Shown piece by piece: positions 11,307 to 20,090 of a DNA stretch of 62,099 nucleotides (positions within the stretch are counted from its first letter, which is position 1; every line of letters starts with the position of its first letter). The stretch lies in contig JBDQKM010000001.1 of assembly GCA_040263275.1 (NCBI GenBank), positions 1 to 62,099 of the forward strand. The letters are read 5' to 3'. Both the position numbers and the translations under genes were made by a program. The notes under the pieces are model-generated. The model was not told where the DNA came from. It worked only from the letters and a program-made list of their open reading frames with translations, and made no database searches. Source of the stretch: Acidimicrobiales bacterium. Lineage in GTDB: Bacteria; Actinomycetota; Acidimicrobiia; Acidimicrobiales; Aldehydirespiratoraceae.

Positions 11307-11795
11307 TCACGCCAGCATGCGCTGCATCACGACGACGTCGAGCCACTTGCCGAACTTGCGGCCCACCTGGCGTTCGGTGCCGACGACGGTGAACCCGCAC
11401 GCCTGATGCAGGCCGATGCTGGCTTCGTGGCCACCGGAGATCCGGGCGATGATCGTGTGGAACCCTCGCTGCGTCGCCACGTCGATCAACTCCTCCATCA
11501 ACGCGCGCCCGACCCCGGCGCCCCGGGCCGACTCGGCGACGTAGACGCTGTTCTCCACCGAGGTGCGGTATGCGGCGCGCGGTCGGTAGGGCGACAGCGA
11601 CGCGAACCCGGCCACCTCGCCGTCGACCTCGGCCACGAGCACGCCGAGCGCGCCCTCACGCTCCCGGATCCAGTCCTGCTGCTCGGAGAGCGTGCGGGGT
11701 TCGAGGTCGAACGTGTGGGTCGTCTCCTCGACCTCGCGGTTGTAGATGGTGCGGAGCGCCTCGGCGTCGGCGACGGTTGCGTTGCGGAGTTGCAT
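11307..11795 (-). CDS. GNAT-family N-acetyltransferase (phosphinothricin-acetyltransferase-like)
   Basis: 162 aa from the ATG at 11795 (MQLRNATVADAEALRTIYNREV...). Acetyl-CoA motif RGAGVGRALMEEL. Its start overlaps the stop of the upstream SDR (TGATG). Confidence 0.85.
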   Translation of the reverse strand: MQLRNATVADAEALRTIYNREVEETTHTFDLEPRTLSEQQDWIREREGALGVLVAEVDGEVAGFASLSPYRPRAAYRTSVENSVYVAESARGAGVGRALMEELIDVATQRGFHTIIARISGGHEASIGLHQACGFTVVGTERQVGRKFGKWLDVVVMQRMLA

Positions 11796-12559
11796 CAGTC
11801 GAGGTCTCGGACGTTGACCCGTCGCACGAGCCGGAGAGGAGCGACTTTCAGGAGTGCGACCCCCATCTTGTTGAGCACCCCGGGTACCACCCGTGCCCGT
11901 CCTTCGGACACCGCAGCGAGGGCGTGGGCGGCCACGGTCTCGGCGTCTTGCCACAGGAAGCCCGGGATGTCGGACGAGTCCATCTCGGCCCGGTCCTGGA
12001 ACTCGGTTCGGGTGAACCCCGGGCACGACGCGGTGACGGTCACGCCGGCATCGGCCAGGTCTTGATGAAGCGACTCGCTGAAGCTGTTGACGAACGCCTT
12101 CGTCGCTGCATACGTGGCGCCGCTCTTCGACGGCCAGTATCCGGCAACGCTCGCGATGTTGAGGATGCCTCCTCGCCTTGCGGTCGACATGGCCACGGCC
12201 GCGGCGTGCGACAGTTCGTGGAGGGCGAGCACGTTGACGGCGACCACCCCCCGTTCTCGTTCGTAGTCGAGGTCGGCGAATCGGCCGGTGAAGCCGAGGC
12301 CGGCGTTGTTCACAAGGAGGTCGACGGGTCGTTCCTCGGCGCCCAGGCGCGCCGCCACGCGGGCGACGTCGTCGCGGATCGACAGGTCGGCAACCAGCAC
12401 CTCGACGTCGACGCCCGCGTCGGTGGCGAGCTCGTCGAGACGGGCGCGGTCGCGGGCGACCACCACCAGATCGGTGCCGTCGTCGGCCAGCTGACGGGCG
12501 ATCGCCGCACCGATACCGCTCGACGCGCCGGTGACCAGGGCTCGATTCCAACGGGGCAT
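11795..12559 (-). CDS. SDR-family oxidoreductase
   Basis: 254 aa from the ATG at 12559 (MPRWNRALVTGASSGIGAAIA...). NNAG motif and YAATKAF (YxxxK). Confidence 0.85.
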   Translation of the reverse strand: MPRWNRALVTGASSGIGAAIARQLADDGTDLVVVARDRARLDELATDAGVDVEVLVADLSIRDDVARVAARLGAEERPVDLLVNNAGLGFTGRFADLDYERERGVVAVNVLALHELSHAAAVAMSTARRGGILNIASVAGYWPSKSGATYAATKAFVNSFSESLHQDLADAGVTVTASCPGFTRTEFQDRAEMDSSDIPGFLWQDAETVAAHALAAVSEGRARVVPGVLNKMGVALLKVAPLRLVRRVNVRDLD

Positions 12560-12622
12560 GCATCCTCGATCTGCAGGGCGGTGGGTGCCACGCCCGAATC
12601 TACTGCCGTGGTTGTATTGGGC

Positions 12623-13006
12623 ATGACACGTCCCGATCCGGCCCGCAACGTCCTCGGTGGAGAACTGGCGGAGTGCGGCACCGACCCGGTCACGGGCTTC
12701 TTCCGCGACGGGTGCTGCAACACCGCCGAAGAGGACATCGGCTCGCACACGGTGTGCGCCACCGTCACCGCCCGTTTCCTCGAGTTCTCGAAGGAGGCGG
12801 GCAACGATCTCTCGACGCCCCGACCCGAATGGGGATTCGCCGGCCTGCAACCCGGCGACGGATGGTGCGTGTGCGCGGCGCGCTGGTTGGAGGCGGCGCT
12901 CGCCGGGGCGGCCGCGCCCGTGCGTCTGACCGCCACCCACGAGCGCGCGCTCGAAGTCGTGCCGCTCCAGATGCTGCGCACCCACGCCGTCGACGCGGAG
13001 AACTGA
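12623..13006 (+). CDS. DUF2237-family small Cys-rich protein
   Basis: 127 aa from the ATG at 12623 (MTRPDPARNVLGGELAECGTDPVTGFFRDGCCNT...GDGWCVCAARW), the pattern typical of DUF2237. Confidence 0.7.
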   Translation: MTRPDPARNVLGGELAECGTDPVTGFFRDGCCNTAEEDIGSHTVCATVTARFLEFSKEAGNDLSTPRPEWGFAGLQPGDGWCVCAARWLEAALAGAAAPVRLTATHERALEVVPLQMLRTHAVDAEN

Positions 13007-13024
13007 TCCGCCCGGTCGAGGAGC

Positions 13025-14062
13025 TCAGGCGGCGGCGACGTCGCGGGCGACCTGTGCCCAGCGATCCAGGATGTCGGGGTGTTTCCGGAGCTGGCTGGAC
13101 GCGGTGTAGGTCATCAACCGGGTCGTCGGGGCCACATCGCGGTAGCGGGCCACGAGGTTGGCGCCAAGGGTCGACCATGAGCCGGTCACCGTGTAGTGAT
13201 CGAGCACGTCGTCGGTGATGAGGCCGACCATGCCGGCCAGGTCGCCCTCGCGCTGCTTCGCGTGCAGTTGGTCCGACAGGCCATCGAATCCGTGCGTTTC
13301 GAAGACGGGGGAGTAGGTGCGGGTGGAGCCGTAGAAGGCGATCATCTGACGGGCGTGCTCGCGGGTCTCCGACAGCTCTTCGTCGGTGTCGCCGACCGGC
13401 GTCATGACCGGGATCTCGAACGTGACGTCCTCGAGGCGGCGACCGGCGCGCGCAACACCCTCCTCGACGTTGGGGCGCTGCCGCTCGATGATGTACTCGG
13501 CGGAGTTGAAGGGATGGACGTGGATGCCGTCGCACACTTCGCCGGCCATCCGACTCATCCACGGCAGCACTGCCGACACGAAGATCCGCGGGTCGGGCGC
13601 GTCGATCGGGCCCGGCGACCATTGGGCCGGGAGGAGTGAGAAGTCGTAGAAGTCGCCCTGGAACGCCAGCTTCTCCTCGCCTCGGAAGGCCCGGAAGATC
13701 GCCTGGATCGCCTGGACGTACTCCTTCATCCTCGGCCCGGGCGGGGCGTACTCCGACGAATAGCGCCGCTCGATGTGGGCCTTCACCTGGGTTCCGAGCC
13801 CGAGCGTGAACCGGCCACCGGTCGCGTCGGCCAGCTCCCAGGCGGTCGAGGCGGTGATCATGGGACTTCGAGGAAAGGCGACCGCGACCGCCGTCCCGAG
13901 CCCGAGGGTGTCGGTGGCGAGGCCGGCGGCCGCCGCGGACAGATACGCGGTGCGGCCGGACTCGGTCAACCAGAGCGTGTCGAAGCCGGCCTCCTCGACA
14001 GCCTTCGCGTGGCGTTGCATGGCGTGCAGCTCCATCGAGCCGGACATGATGTCGAGTTTCAT
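13025..14062 (-). CDS. LLM-class (luciferase-like) flavin/F420-dependent oxidoreductase
   Basis: 345-aa track ORF. Luciferase-like TIM-barrel N-terminus (AEEAGFDTLWLTE...GLGTAVAVAFPRSPM...RFTLGLGTQV). GGGGAG SD lies upstream. Confidence 0.85.
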   Translation of the reverse strand: MKLDIMSGSMELHAMQRHAKAVEEAGFDTLWLTESGRTAYLSAAAAGLATDTLGLGTAVAVAFPRSPMITASTAWELADATGGRFTLGLGTQVKAHIERRYSSEYAPPGPRMKEYVQAIQAIFRAFRGEEKLAFQGDFYDFSLLPAQWSPGPIDAPDPRIFVSAVLPWMSRMAGEVCDGIHVHPFNSAEYIIERQRPNVEEGVARAGRRLEDVTFEIPVMTPVGDTDEELSETREHARQMIAFYGSTRTYSPVFETHGFDGLSDQLHAKQREGDLAGMVGLITDDVLDHYTVTGSWSTLGANLVARYRDVAPTTRLMTYTASSQLRKHPDILDRWAQVARDVAAA

Positions 14063-14197
14063 CGTCTCCCCCTCGAGGCTGCGCTCGCCGCGAGCCGCAA
14101 CCGCCCGTCAAGTTAGCGCTGCCGCAGCTTTCGAGACTCAACTCATGGGCGCCGGGACCGATCGGAAGAGGTTCTCGACCCCAGGAACCCGCGTCCC

Positions 14198-17100
14198 GTG
14201 CCGACCTCCGACACCCACAGAGAAGCCGGCGATGCCGTTGTCATTCCGCGCGACCCGCTGGCCGTGGTCGACAGTGTCGGCGAGATGCTCGCTCGCTTCG
14301 ACGGCGAAGACCACGACACCGGCTATGCCGAGGCCTTGCGACTGCTCACCGAGGGTTTAGGCGCGACGGTGAGCGTGATCGTGCGCTTTGCCGACGACGG
14401 TGCGCATGTGGTCGGCCTCTGGGCCGGGGACCGGTTCGTGCGCGATCCGCAGATCCGGCTCGACAGCGACCTCCTCCCCGGCGGTCGACCGCTCCGTTCG
14501 ATGCGCACGCCCGTCGCCTACGTGCCCGATGACTTCGGTGAGGAAGGTGCAGCGCTCCTGAATGCCTTCGGCCCCGACCAGCACCTGTTGATGGCTCCGA
14601 TCAGCGACGCCGACCAGGTGAACGGTGCAGTCGGAGTGCTGGCGGCCGGTGCCGACCGGCTCTCGAGTCATGCCCGGATCGCGCTGCAGTTGTGCGGCGA
14701 GCTGCTCTGGCGGCATATGCGCCACCACGAATCGAGACGTGAGCTCCATGAGCGGGCCGAGGTGGCCGAGATCCTCGCCAGAGTCGGCGGCCGGCTCCAC
14801 GAGGGCGGTGTGGCCCGGGCCCGGGAGCTGCTCGACGAGGTGTTCGTGACCGTGGGCGACTATGTCGGTGCCGACCTCGTCGCGACCTACGAACGAGTCG
14901 GCGGGCGCGCCGAGCTCCTCCTCCAGTGGTCCTCGGACGGGGCCGACGCGGCTGCGCCCCTGCTCCACCTCGAGGATGCGGATTGGGATCGACTGGCCGA
15001 GCGGCCGTTGTCCAGGAGCGAGCTTGTGGGCGACCCGCTGACCGACCTGGTCCGCGACGTGAACCCTGCAGGTATCGGCTCCGGCATGGTCGTGCCCGGC
15101 CGCTCCGACGGCGAAGTCGTCGGGATCTTCGTCATCGCGAAGCGGGACAACCGCCCCTTCCGTTCCGCCCACGTCGAGCTGATCGTCGCAGCCGTCGGCT
15201 TGCTCGGTCAGTTCCGGACCCGGATGGGCGCGGAGCTCGCCCTCGTTCGGCGGGGCGTGGTCGAGCAGTGCCGCACCGAAATCGCCGAGGCGTTCATCAA
15301 CTCGCCAGCCTGCGAGATCGACGCCGCCCTGAGCAGCGCACTCCAGCGCATCGGAGGGGTGTTCGGCGCTCGGCGGGTGCGGTGGTTGGAGGTGGCCGAC
15401 GACACGAGCTCGGCCTCGTTGACCACCGAGTGGTCGGATGGCACGCGACCCTCCGGACCCGTCGAGTTCTCCGTCGACAACGTGCTCCTGGCCGAGCGGG
15501 CCGATCTTCGCGAACCCTTCGTGATCGAACCGCAGCAGATCGCGGAGCACTGTGGGATCGATTCACCGTCGTCGACCCTGATCGTCCCGACGGTCGTGGC
15601 CGAGGACGTCCGCGCCGTGCTCACCCTCACGGGCGACGGCATCAGCCACGACCTTCCCGACATCGAGCGACGGGCGCTGACCGATCTGGCCGGGCTCATC
15701 CACCAAGCCCGTCGGCGGGCCCGCCAGGAGTTGGAAGCCGAATACCGGACCACCCTCGACGACCTGCAGCTTCGACTGGCCCGTCGCTTCCTCGACCGGT
15801 CCGTCCGAGATCACCGGCCGGTGCTCGACTGGGTGCTCGGCGAACTCGGGGCGTCACTGGATTGTGACCTGATCGCCTTCGCGGAGTTCATCGGGAGTCG
15901 TGACGGCGAGATGCACTGGTGGTCGCGCGACGAGCGGAATCGCCGTGCCGCCGACCGGGTGGATCTCACTGCGCCGGTGCTCGTCGACCACTTCTCGCGG
16001 TGTCTGCAGACCGGCGAACCGGCGGTCACCCGAAGCCGTGACCTCGACGCCGAGACGGTGGCCCGGATCGGCGGTCTCGATGGGCGAGAGTTCTCGATGC
16101 TCATCGTCCCGTTCCGGGCGCCGGGTGTCGCCCTCCTGCTCGGCGTGTGTGTCTTCGGCGACCGGGAGTGGGAGGCCGTCGAAGTGGCCCTGCTCCAGAA
16201 GGTGATCGGTCAGCTCCGGCAGTTCATCGACGTGGTGTCGGGTCGCGGCAAGCTCGAGTTCGACGCGAGTCACGACGCGCTGACCGGTCTCGCGAACCGC
16301 CGCAAGATCGCCGATCAGTTCACCGACGTCATCGCCGACGGCGGCGGAGGGGCGATGCTCATGATCGACGTCGACCGGTTCAAGGTCGTCAACGACTCGC
16401 TCGGACACAGTGCCGGCGACGCGGTTCTCGTGGCGATCGCCGATCGACTCCGAACATCGGTGCGCGAGGGGGACCTCGTGGCCCGTTTCGGGGGCGACGA
16501 GTTCGCGGTGATGGTCAGGGACGGCACCAGCGATCTCGAGCTGGCGGCGACCGCCGACCGCTTGATCCGACTGATCCGCGAGCCGATCCTGGTGAGCGGC
16601 ACCACCGTCATCCCGACCTGCAGCATCGGTATCGCGGTCGCGAGTGACGGCGACGATGTCGAGGCCGTCCTCCGCCACGCCGACGCGGCCCTCTACGACG
16701 CGAAGGCGAAGGGCCGTGACCGCTACGAGTTCTTCGACGACGCGCATCGGCAGTCGCTGACCGTGCGGCTCCGTCTCGAAACCGCGCTGCGTCGTGGTGT
16801 GGCCAGAGCCGAGTTCGTTCCCTGGTTCCAGCCCGAGTACGAACTGCTCACCGGCGAGATGGTCGGGGTCGAAGCCCTGGTGCGCTGGAATCACCCGACC
16901 GAAGGCGTCGTGGATGCGTGGCGCTTCATCGACACCGCAGAGGAGATCGGCCTGGCACCGGAGCTGAGCCGGGTCGTGATGGCCCGCAGTCTCGAGACGG
17001 TGCGAGGGTGGATGGCCGAGGGGTTCGACACCCGCGTCCGGGTCAACGTGGCGGCGGGTCAGCTCCAGTCGGCCGACCTCGCCGACCAGGTCGAGGCCTT

Positions 17101-17524
17101 GCTCGAGAAGTACCAGGTGCCACCCGAGCTGTTGTGCGTCGAGATCACCGAGCGGTCCCTCATGCTCGATCTCGACTCGGCCGTCGAGGCGTTGGTGGCC
17201 GTTCGTGCGCTCGGCGTCGAGGTCGCCGTCGACGACTTCGGGACCGGGTTCAGTTCGCTGGCCCGGCTCAAGCACCTGCCGGTCGACACCCTCAAGATCG
17301 ACCGGTCGTTCGTCTCCGGCATCGTGTCGAGCGCAACCGATCGAGAGATCGTACGCACCATCATCTGGCTCAGCCGTGGCCTCGGCCTCGACGTCGTCGC
17401 GGAAGGGGTCGAGCACCCGGAACAGGTCGAACTGCTGCTCGAACTCGGTTGCCGGCGGGCCCAGGGGTGGTTGTGGACTCCGGCGGTTCCCGCTGCCGAG
17501 GTGCCTCGCCTCGCCCGCGTGTGA
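14198..17524 (+). CDS. multi-GAF sensor diguanylate cyclase/phosphodiesterase (GGDEF-EAL)
   Basis: 1108 aa. Intact GGDEF (RFGGDEFAV) with an RxxD I-site (REGD) 5 residues upstream. Intact EAL set (EALVRW, DDFGTGFSSL, KIDRSF, EGVE). The N-terminal ~650 aa are GAF-like repeats. Confidence 0.9.
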   Translation: MPTSDTHREAGDAVVIPRDPLAVVDSVGEMLARFDGEDHDTGYAEALRLLTEGLGATVSVIVRFADDGAHVVGLWAGDRFVRDPQIRLDSDLLPGGRPLRSMRTPVAYVPDDFGEEGAALLNAFGPDQHLLMAPISDADQVNGAVGVLAAGADRLSSHARIALQLCGELLWRHMRHHESRRELHERAEVAEILARVGGRLHEGGVARARELLDEVFVTVGDYVGADLVATYERVGGRAELLLQWSSDGADAAAPLLHLEDADWDRLAERPLSRSELVGDPLTDLVRDVNPAGIGSGMVVPGRSDGEVVGIFVIAKRDNRPFRSAHVELIVAAVGLLGQFRTRMGAELALVRRGVVEQCRTEIAEAFINSPACEIDAALSSALQRIGGVFGARRVRWLEVADDTSSASLTTEWSDGTRPSGPVEFSVDNVLLAERADLREPFVIEPQQIAEHCGIDSPSSTLIVPTVVAEDVRAVLTLTGDGISHDLPDIERRALTDLAGLIHQARRRARQELEAEYRTTLDDLQLRLARRFLDRSVRDHRPVLDWVLGELGASLDCDLIAFAEFIGSRDGEMHWWSRDERNRRAADRVDLTAPVLVDHFSRCLQTGEPAVTRSRDLDAETVARIGGLDGREFSMLIVPFRAPGVALLLGVCVFGDREWEAVEVALLQKVIGQLRQFIDVVSGRGKLEFDASHDALTGLANRRKIADQFTDVIADGGGGAMLMIDVDRFKVVNDSLGHSAGDAVLVAIADRLRTSVREGDLVARFGGDEFAVMVRDGTSDLELAATADRLIRLIREPILVSGTTVIPTCSIGIAVASDGDDVEAVLRHADAALYDAKAKGRDRYEFFDDAHRQSLTVRLRLETALRRGVARAEFVPWFQPEYELLTGEMVGVEALVRWNHPTEGVVDAWRFIDTAEEIGLAPELSRVVMARSLETVRGWMAEGFDTRVRVNVAAGQLQSADLADQVEALLEKYQVPPELLCVEITERSLMLDLDSAVEALVAVRALGVEVAVDDFGTGFSSLARLKHLPVDTLKIDRSFVSGIVSSATDREIVRTIIWLSRGLGLDVVAEGVEHPEQVELLLELGCRRAQGWLWTPAVPAAEVPRLARV

Positions 17525-17580
17525 ATACTCTGTAGCTGCATCGCACACACCGTGACGATCGTGTGATCCAGGAGGGCACC

Positions 17581-17715
17581 TTGGAGCCGACCGACATCCA
17601 GGACCAGACCAGCACCGACGAAGTCGTCGACACCGCCGCCGAGAGTGGCGAACTCGTCGAGGACGAGCTGCTCGTCGAGGAGATCTCCATCGACGGGATG
17701 TGCGGCGTCTACTAG
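17581..17715 (+). CDS. mftA: mycofactocin precursor peptide MftA (44 aa; not in the ORF track)
   Basis: TTG start at 17581 with GGAGGG 5 nt upstream (alternative in-frame GTG at 17563); TAG at 17713-17715. Translation LEPTDIQDQTSTDEVVDTAAESGELVEDELLVEEISIDGMCGVY ends in the invariant MftA core IDGMCGVY. mftB and mftC follow immediately. Confidence 0.88.
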   Translation: MEPTDIQDQTSTDEVVDTAAESGELVEDELLVEEISIDGMCGVY

Positions 17716-17719
17716 CCCG

Positions 17720-17986
17720 ATGGACTTCGATGCCGGCCGTCGCTACCGGTTGCACGAGCGCGTCGCCCTTCGCCCCGAACCCTTCGGTGCCTTGGCCTAC
17801 CACTACGGCAATCGTCGATTGAACTTCCTCCGCGCCCCCGAGCTCGTCACCGTCGTCGAGTCGCTCGACGATCACGACACACCGCGGGCGGCATTCGACG
17901 CGGCCGGGATCGAACCCCGCCGGTGGCCATCGTTCGAGAAGGCCCTCGCCTCGCTCGCCGCATCCGACTTCCTGGTGGCCGCATGA
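17720..17986 (+). CDS. mftB: mycofactocin biosynthesis chaperone MftB (RRE peptide-binding protein)
   Basis: 88 aa from the ATG at 17720 (MDFDAGRRYRLHERVALRPEPFGALAYHYGNRRLNFL...), the typical MftB N-terminus. The track start at 17645 would overlap mftA. Its stop overlaps the mftC start (ATGA). Confidence 0.9.
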   Translation: MDFDAGRRYRLHERVALRPEPFGALAYHYGNRRLNFLRAPELVTVVESLDDHDTPRAAFDAAGIEPRRWPSFEKALASLAASDFLVAA

Positions 17987-19155
17987 CCGATCTGCAGATA
18001 CCCACCACACCGGTGCCCGGCAACCTCGTGCTGTCGCCGGTCAAGCAGAGCGGCCTCGGCGAACAGATGAAGGCCGGACTCGACGCCCCCATCTGCCTCA
18101 CCTGGGAACTCACCTATGCGTGCAACCTCCAGTGTGTGCACTGTCTCTCGTCGAGTGGGCGCCGCGACCCCCGTGAGCTGACCACCGCCGAAGCGGAGGC
18201 CGTCATCGACGAGCTCGAGCGGATGCAGGTCTTCTACATCAACATCGGCGGCGGAGAACCCACGATCCGCCCCGACTTCTGGCACCTCGTCGAGTACGCC
18301 GTCGACCACGGGGTCGGAGTGAAGTTCTCCACGAACGGGTCGAAGATCGACGCCGACGTCGCCCGCAAGCTCGCCGGCATGGACTATGTCGACGTCCAGA
18401 TCTCGATCGACGGTGCCGACGCCGCCACCAACGACGCCGTCCGCGGCGAGGGTTCGTTCGCCACCGCCGTCGCGGCGATGGAGCACCTCCACGACGCCGG
18501 TTTCGGCGAGTTCAAGATCAGCGTCGTCATGACCCGCCACAACATCCCTCAGGTCGACGAGTTCAAGGCGATGGCCGACCGGTTCGGGGCCCAACTCCGG
18601 CTGACCCGCTTCCGCCCGTCCGGTCGCGGAGCCGACAGCTGGCACGAGCTGCACCCGACCGACCAACAGCAGCGCGACCTCTACCACTGGCTCCTCGATC
18701 GGCCCGATGTGCTGACCGGCGACTCGTTCTTCCACCTGTCGGCCCTCGGCGAGGCGCTTCCCGGTCTCAACCTGTGTGGCGCCGGTCGCGTCGTGTGCCT
18801 GATCGATCCGCTCGGCGATGTCTACGCGTGTCCCTTCGTGCTGCACGACGAGTTCCTCGCCGGCAGCGTGCGAGACGAAGGCGGCTTCCAACGGGTCTGG
18901 CAGGAGAGCGATCTCTTCCGCGAGCTCCGCGAGCCCCAGTCGGCCGGTGCGTGTGCTTCGTGTGGCCACTTCGACGCCTGCCAGGGCGGCTGCATGGCGG
19001 CCAAGTTCTTCACGGGCATTCCGCTCGACGGTCCCGATCCCGAGTGTGTGCTCGGGCATGGCGAGCCGCTCGTCGAGGCCGCCGACCAGGCGCTGCGCCC
19101 GGTCGGCCAGGACCACTCCCGTCCCACCCCGGTGAAGTTCCTCGGCCGCAAGTGA
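17983..19155 (+). CDS. mftC: mycofactocin radical SAM maturase MftC (rSAM/SPASM)
   Basis: 390 aa from the ATG at 17983. CxxxCxxC cluster (YACNLQCVHC), GGGEP, and C-terminal SPASM cysteines (CGAGR...YACPF...CASCGHFDACQGGC). Confidence 0.95.
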   Translation: MTDLQIPTTPVPGNLVLSPVKQSGLGEQMKAGLDAPICLTWELTYACNLQCVHCLSSSGRRDPRELTTAEAEAVIDELERMQVFYINIGGGEPTIRPDFWHLVEYAVDHGVGVKFSTNGSKIDADVARKLAGMDYVDVQISIDGADAATNDAVRGEGSFATAVAAMEHLHDAGFGEFKISVVMTRHNIPQVDEFKAMADRFGAQLRLTRFRPSGRGADSWHELHPTDQQQRDLYHWLLDRPDVLTGDSFFHLSALGEALPGLNLCGAGRVVCLIDPLGDVYACPFVLHDEFLAGSVRDEGGFQRVWQESDLFRELREPQSAGACASCGHFDACQGGCMAAKFFTGIPLDGPDPECVLGHGEPLVEAADQALRPVGQDHSRPTPVKFLGRK

Positions 19156-20081
19156 TGCGTCGTCTCGCCGCAGTCGGCTGTGTGCTGGTCCTGCTGAGCG
19201 CCGCCTGCAGCGACGACGGCGAGTCGACGCCTTCATCCACCTCCACCACCACACAGGCCCCCGCCTCGTCGACCACCGTCGCGACGACATTGGCTCCGAC
19301 CACCACGGTCGGGCCCGACGAGGGGTGCACGGCCGATGCCACCGAGATGCGCACGATCGATGTCTGGATCGATCGGCCGACGATCGAGGGCCCGTGGCCG
19401 CTGATCGTGTTCTCCCACGGTCTCACCGGGCACCCCTTCTCCCACGTGACCCACCGTCGGGAGCTCGCCGCCCAGTGCTTCGTCGTGGTCGCGCCGGCGT
19501 TTCCGCTCACCAACAACGACGTCCCGAACGCGTTCCTGAACGCGGGCGACACCGCCGGCCAGGTCGGCGACGTGTCGTTCCTCATCGACGAGATGCTGGC
19601 CGACGATGCCCTGGCACCGTTCATCGATCCGGGTCGCATCGGCGCCCTCGGGCACTCGCTCGGCGGCCTCACGACCGCCGGTGCGGCGTTGTCTCCCGAC
19701 GGTGATCAGCGCATCTCCGCTGCGGTGGTCATCTCGGCCGGCTTCGGCGACGTGCGCGACGACGTCGCGGTCATGGTGCTCCACGGCGATGCCGACAATG
19801 TGATCGCCGTCGACAGCAGCATCACGTCCTACGCCTTCGTCGACGGCCGGGGGATCTTCGTGACCCTTCTCGGCGGTGACCACATCGCCGGAATCATCGA
19901 CGGCGAGTCGATCTACGGCCCGGTGGTCCGTGGACTGACCGGCGCCTTCTTCGCCCACGAGCTCGACAACGGTTCCGCTCCGATCGACGCCGTGCCCGAA
20001 CTTCGGCTCGATCTGGCGACCATCGAGGCCCGCACGGCCGATGGGCCGCTCGATGACTGGGCCGAGTACTTCGGCGTCTGA
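19155..20081 (+). CDS. secreted lipoprotein, alpha/beta-hydrolase fold (GxSxG)
   Basis: 308 aa. Signal peptide plus lipobox (VLVLLSAAC), a Ser/Thr-rich linker, and nucleophile elbow GHSLGG. Its ATG overlaps the mftC TGA (TGATG). Confidence 0.8.
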   Translation: MRRLAAVGCVLVLLSAACSDDGESTPSSTSTTTQAPASSTTVATTLAPTTTVGPDEGCTADATEMRTIDVWIDRPTIEGPWPLIVFSHGLTGHPFSHVTHRRELAAQCFVVVAPAFPLTNNDVPNAFLNAGDTAGQVGDVSFLIDEMLADDALAPFIDPGRIGALGHSLGGLTTAGAALSPDGDQRISAAVVISAGFGDVRDDVAVMVLHGDADNVIAVDSSITSYAFVDGRGIFVTLLGGDHIAGIIDGESIYGPVVRGLTGAFFAHELDNGSAPIDAVPELRLDLATIEARTADGPLDDWAEYFGV

Positions 20082-20090
20082 GGGCAGGCT

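Noticed and set aside
17645-17719. Track start (ATG at 17645) for the mftB ORF, giving a 113-aa protein
   Set aside because: The extra 25 codons overlap the mftA coding frame and translate to Ser/Arg-rich junk. The ATG at 17720 gives the canonical MftB N-terminus, right after the mftA stop.
15854-18010. 718-aa minus-strand ORF, and similar long antisense ORFs at 51825..55004, 56219..58216, 37835..40483, 2419..3879 and 48109..49383
   Set aside because: All lie opposite well-supported genes (GGDEF-EAL, rpoB, rpoC, aminoacylase/mftF, SDR, rplA). Their translations are low-complexity and Arg/Gly/Pro/His-rich. They are open only because stop codons are rare in GC-rich antisense frames.
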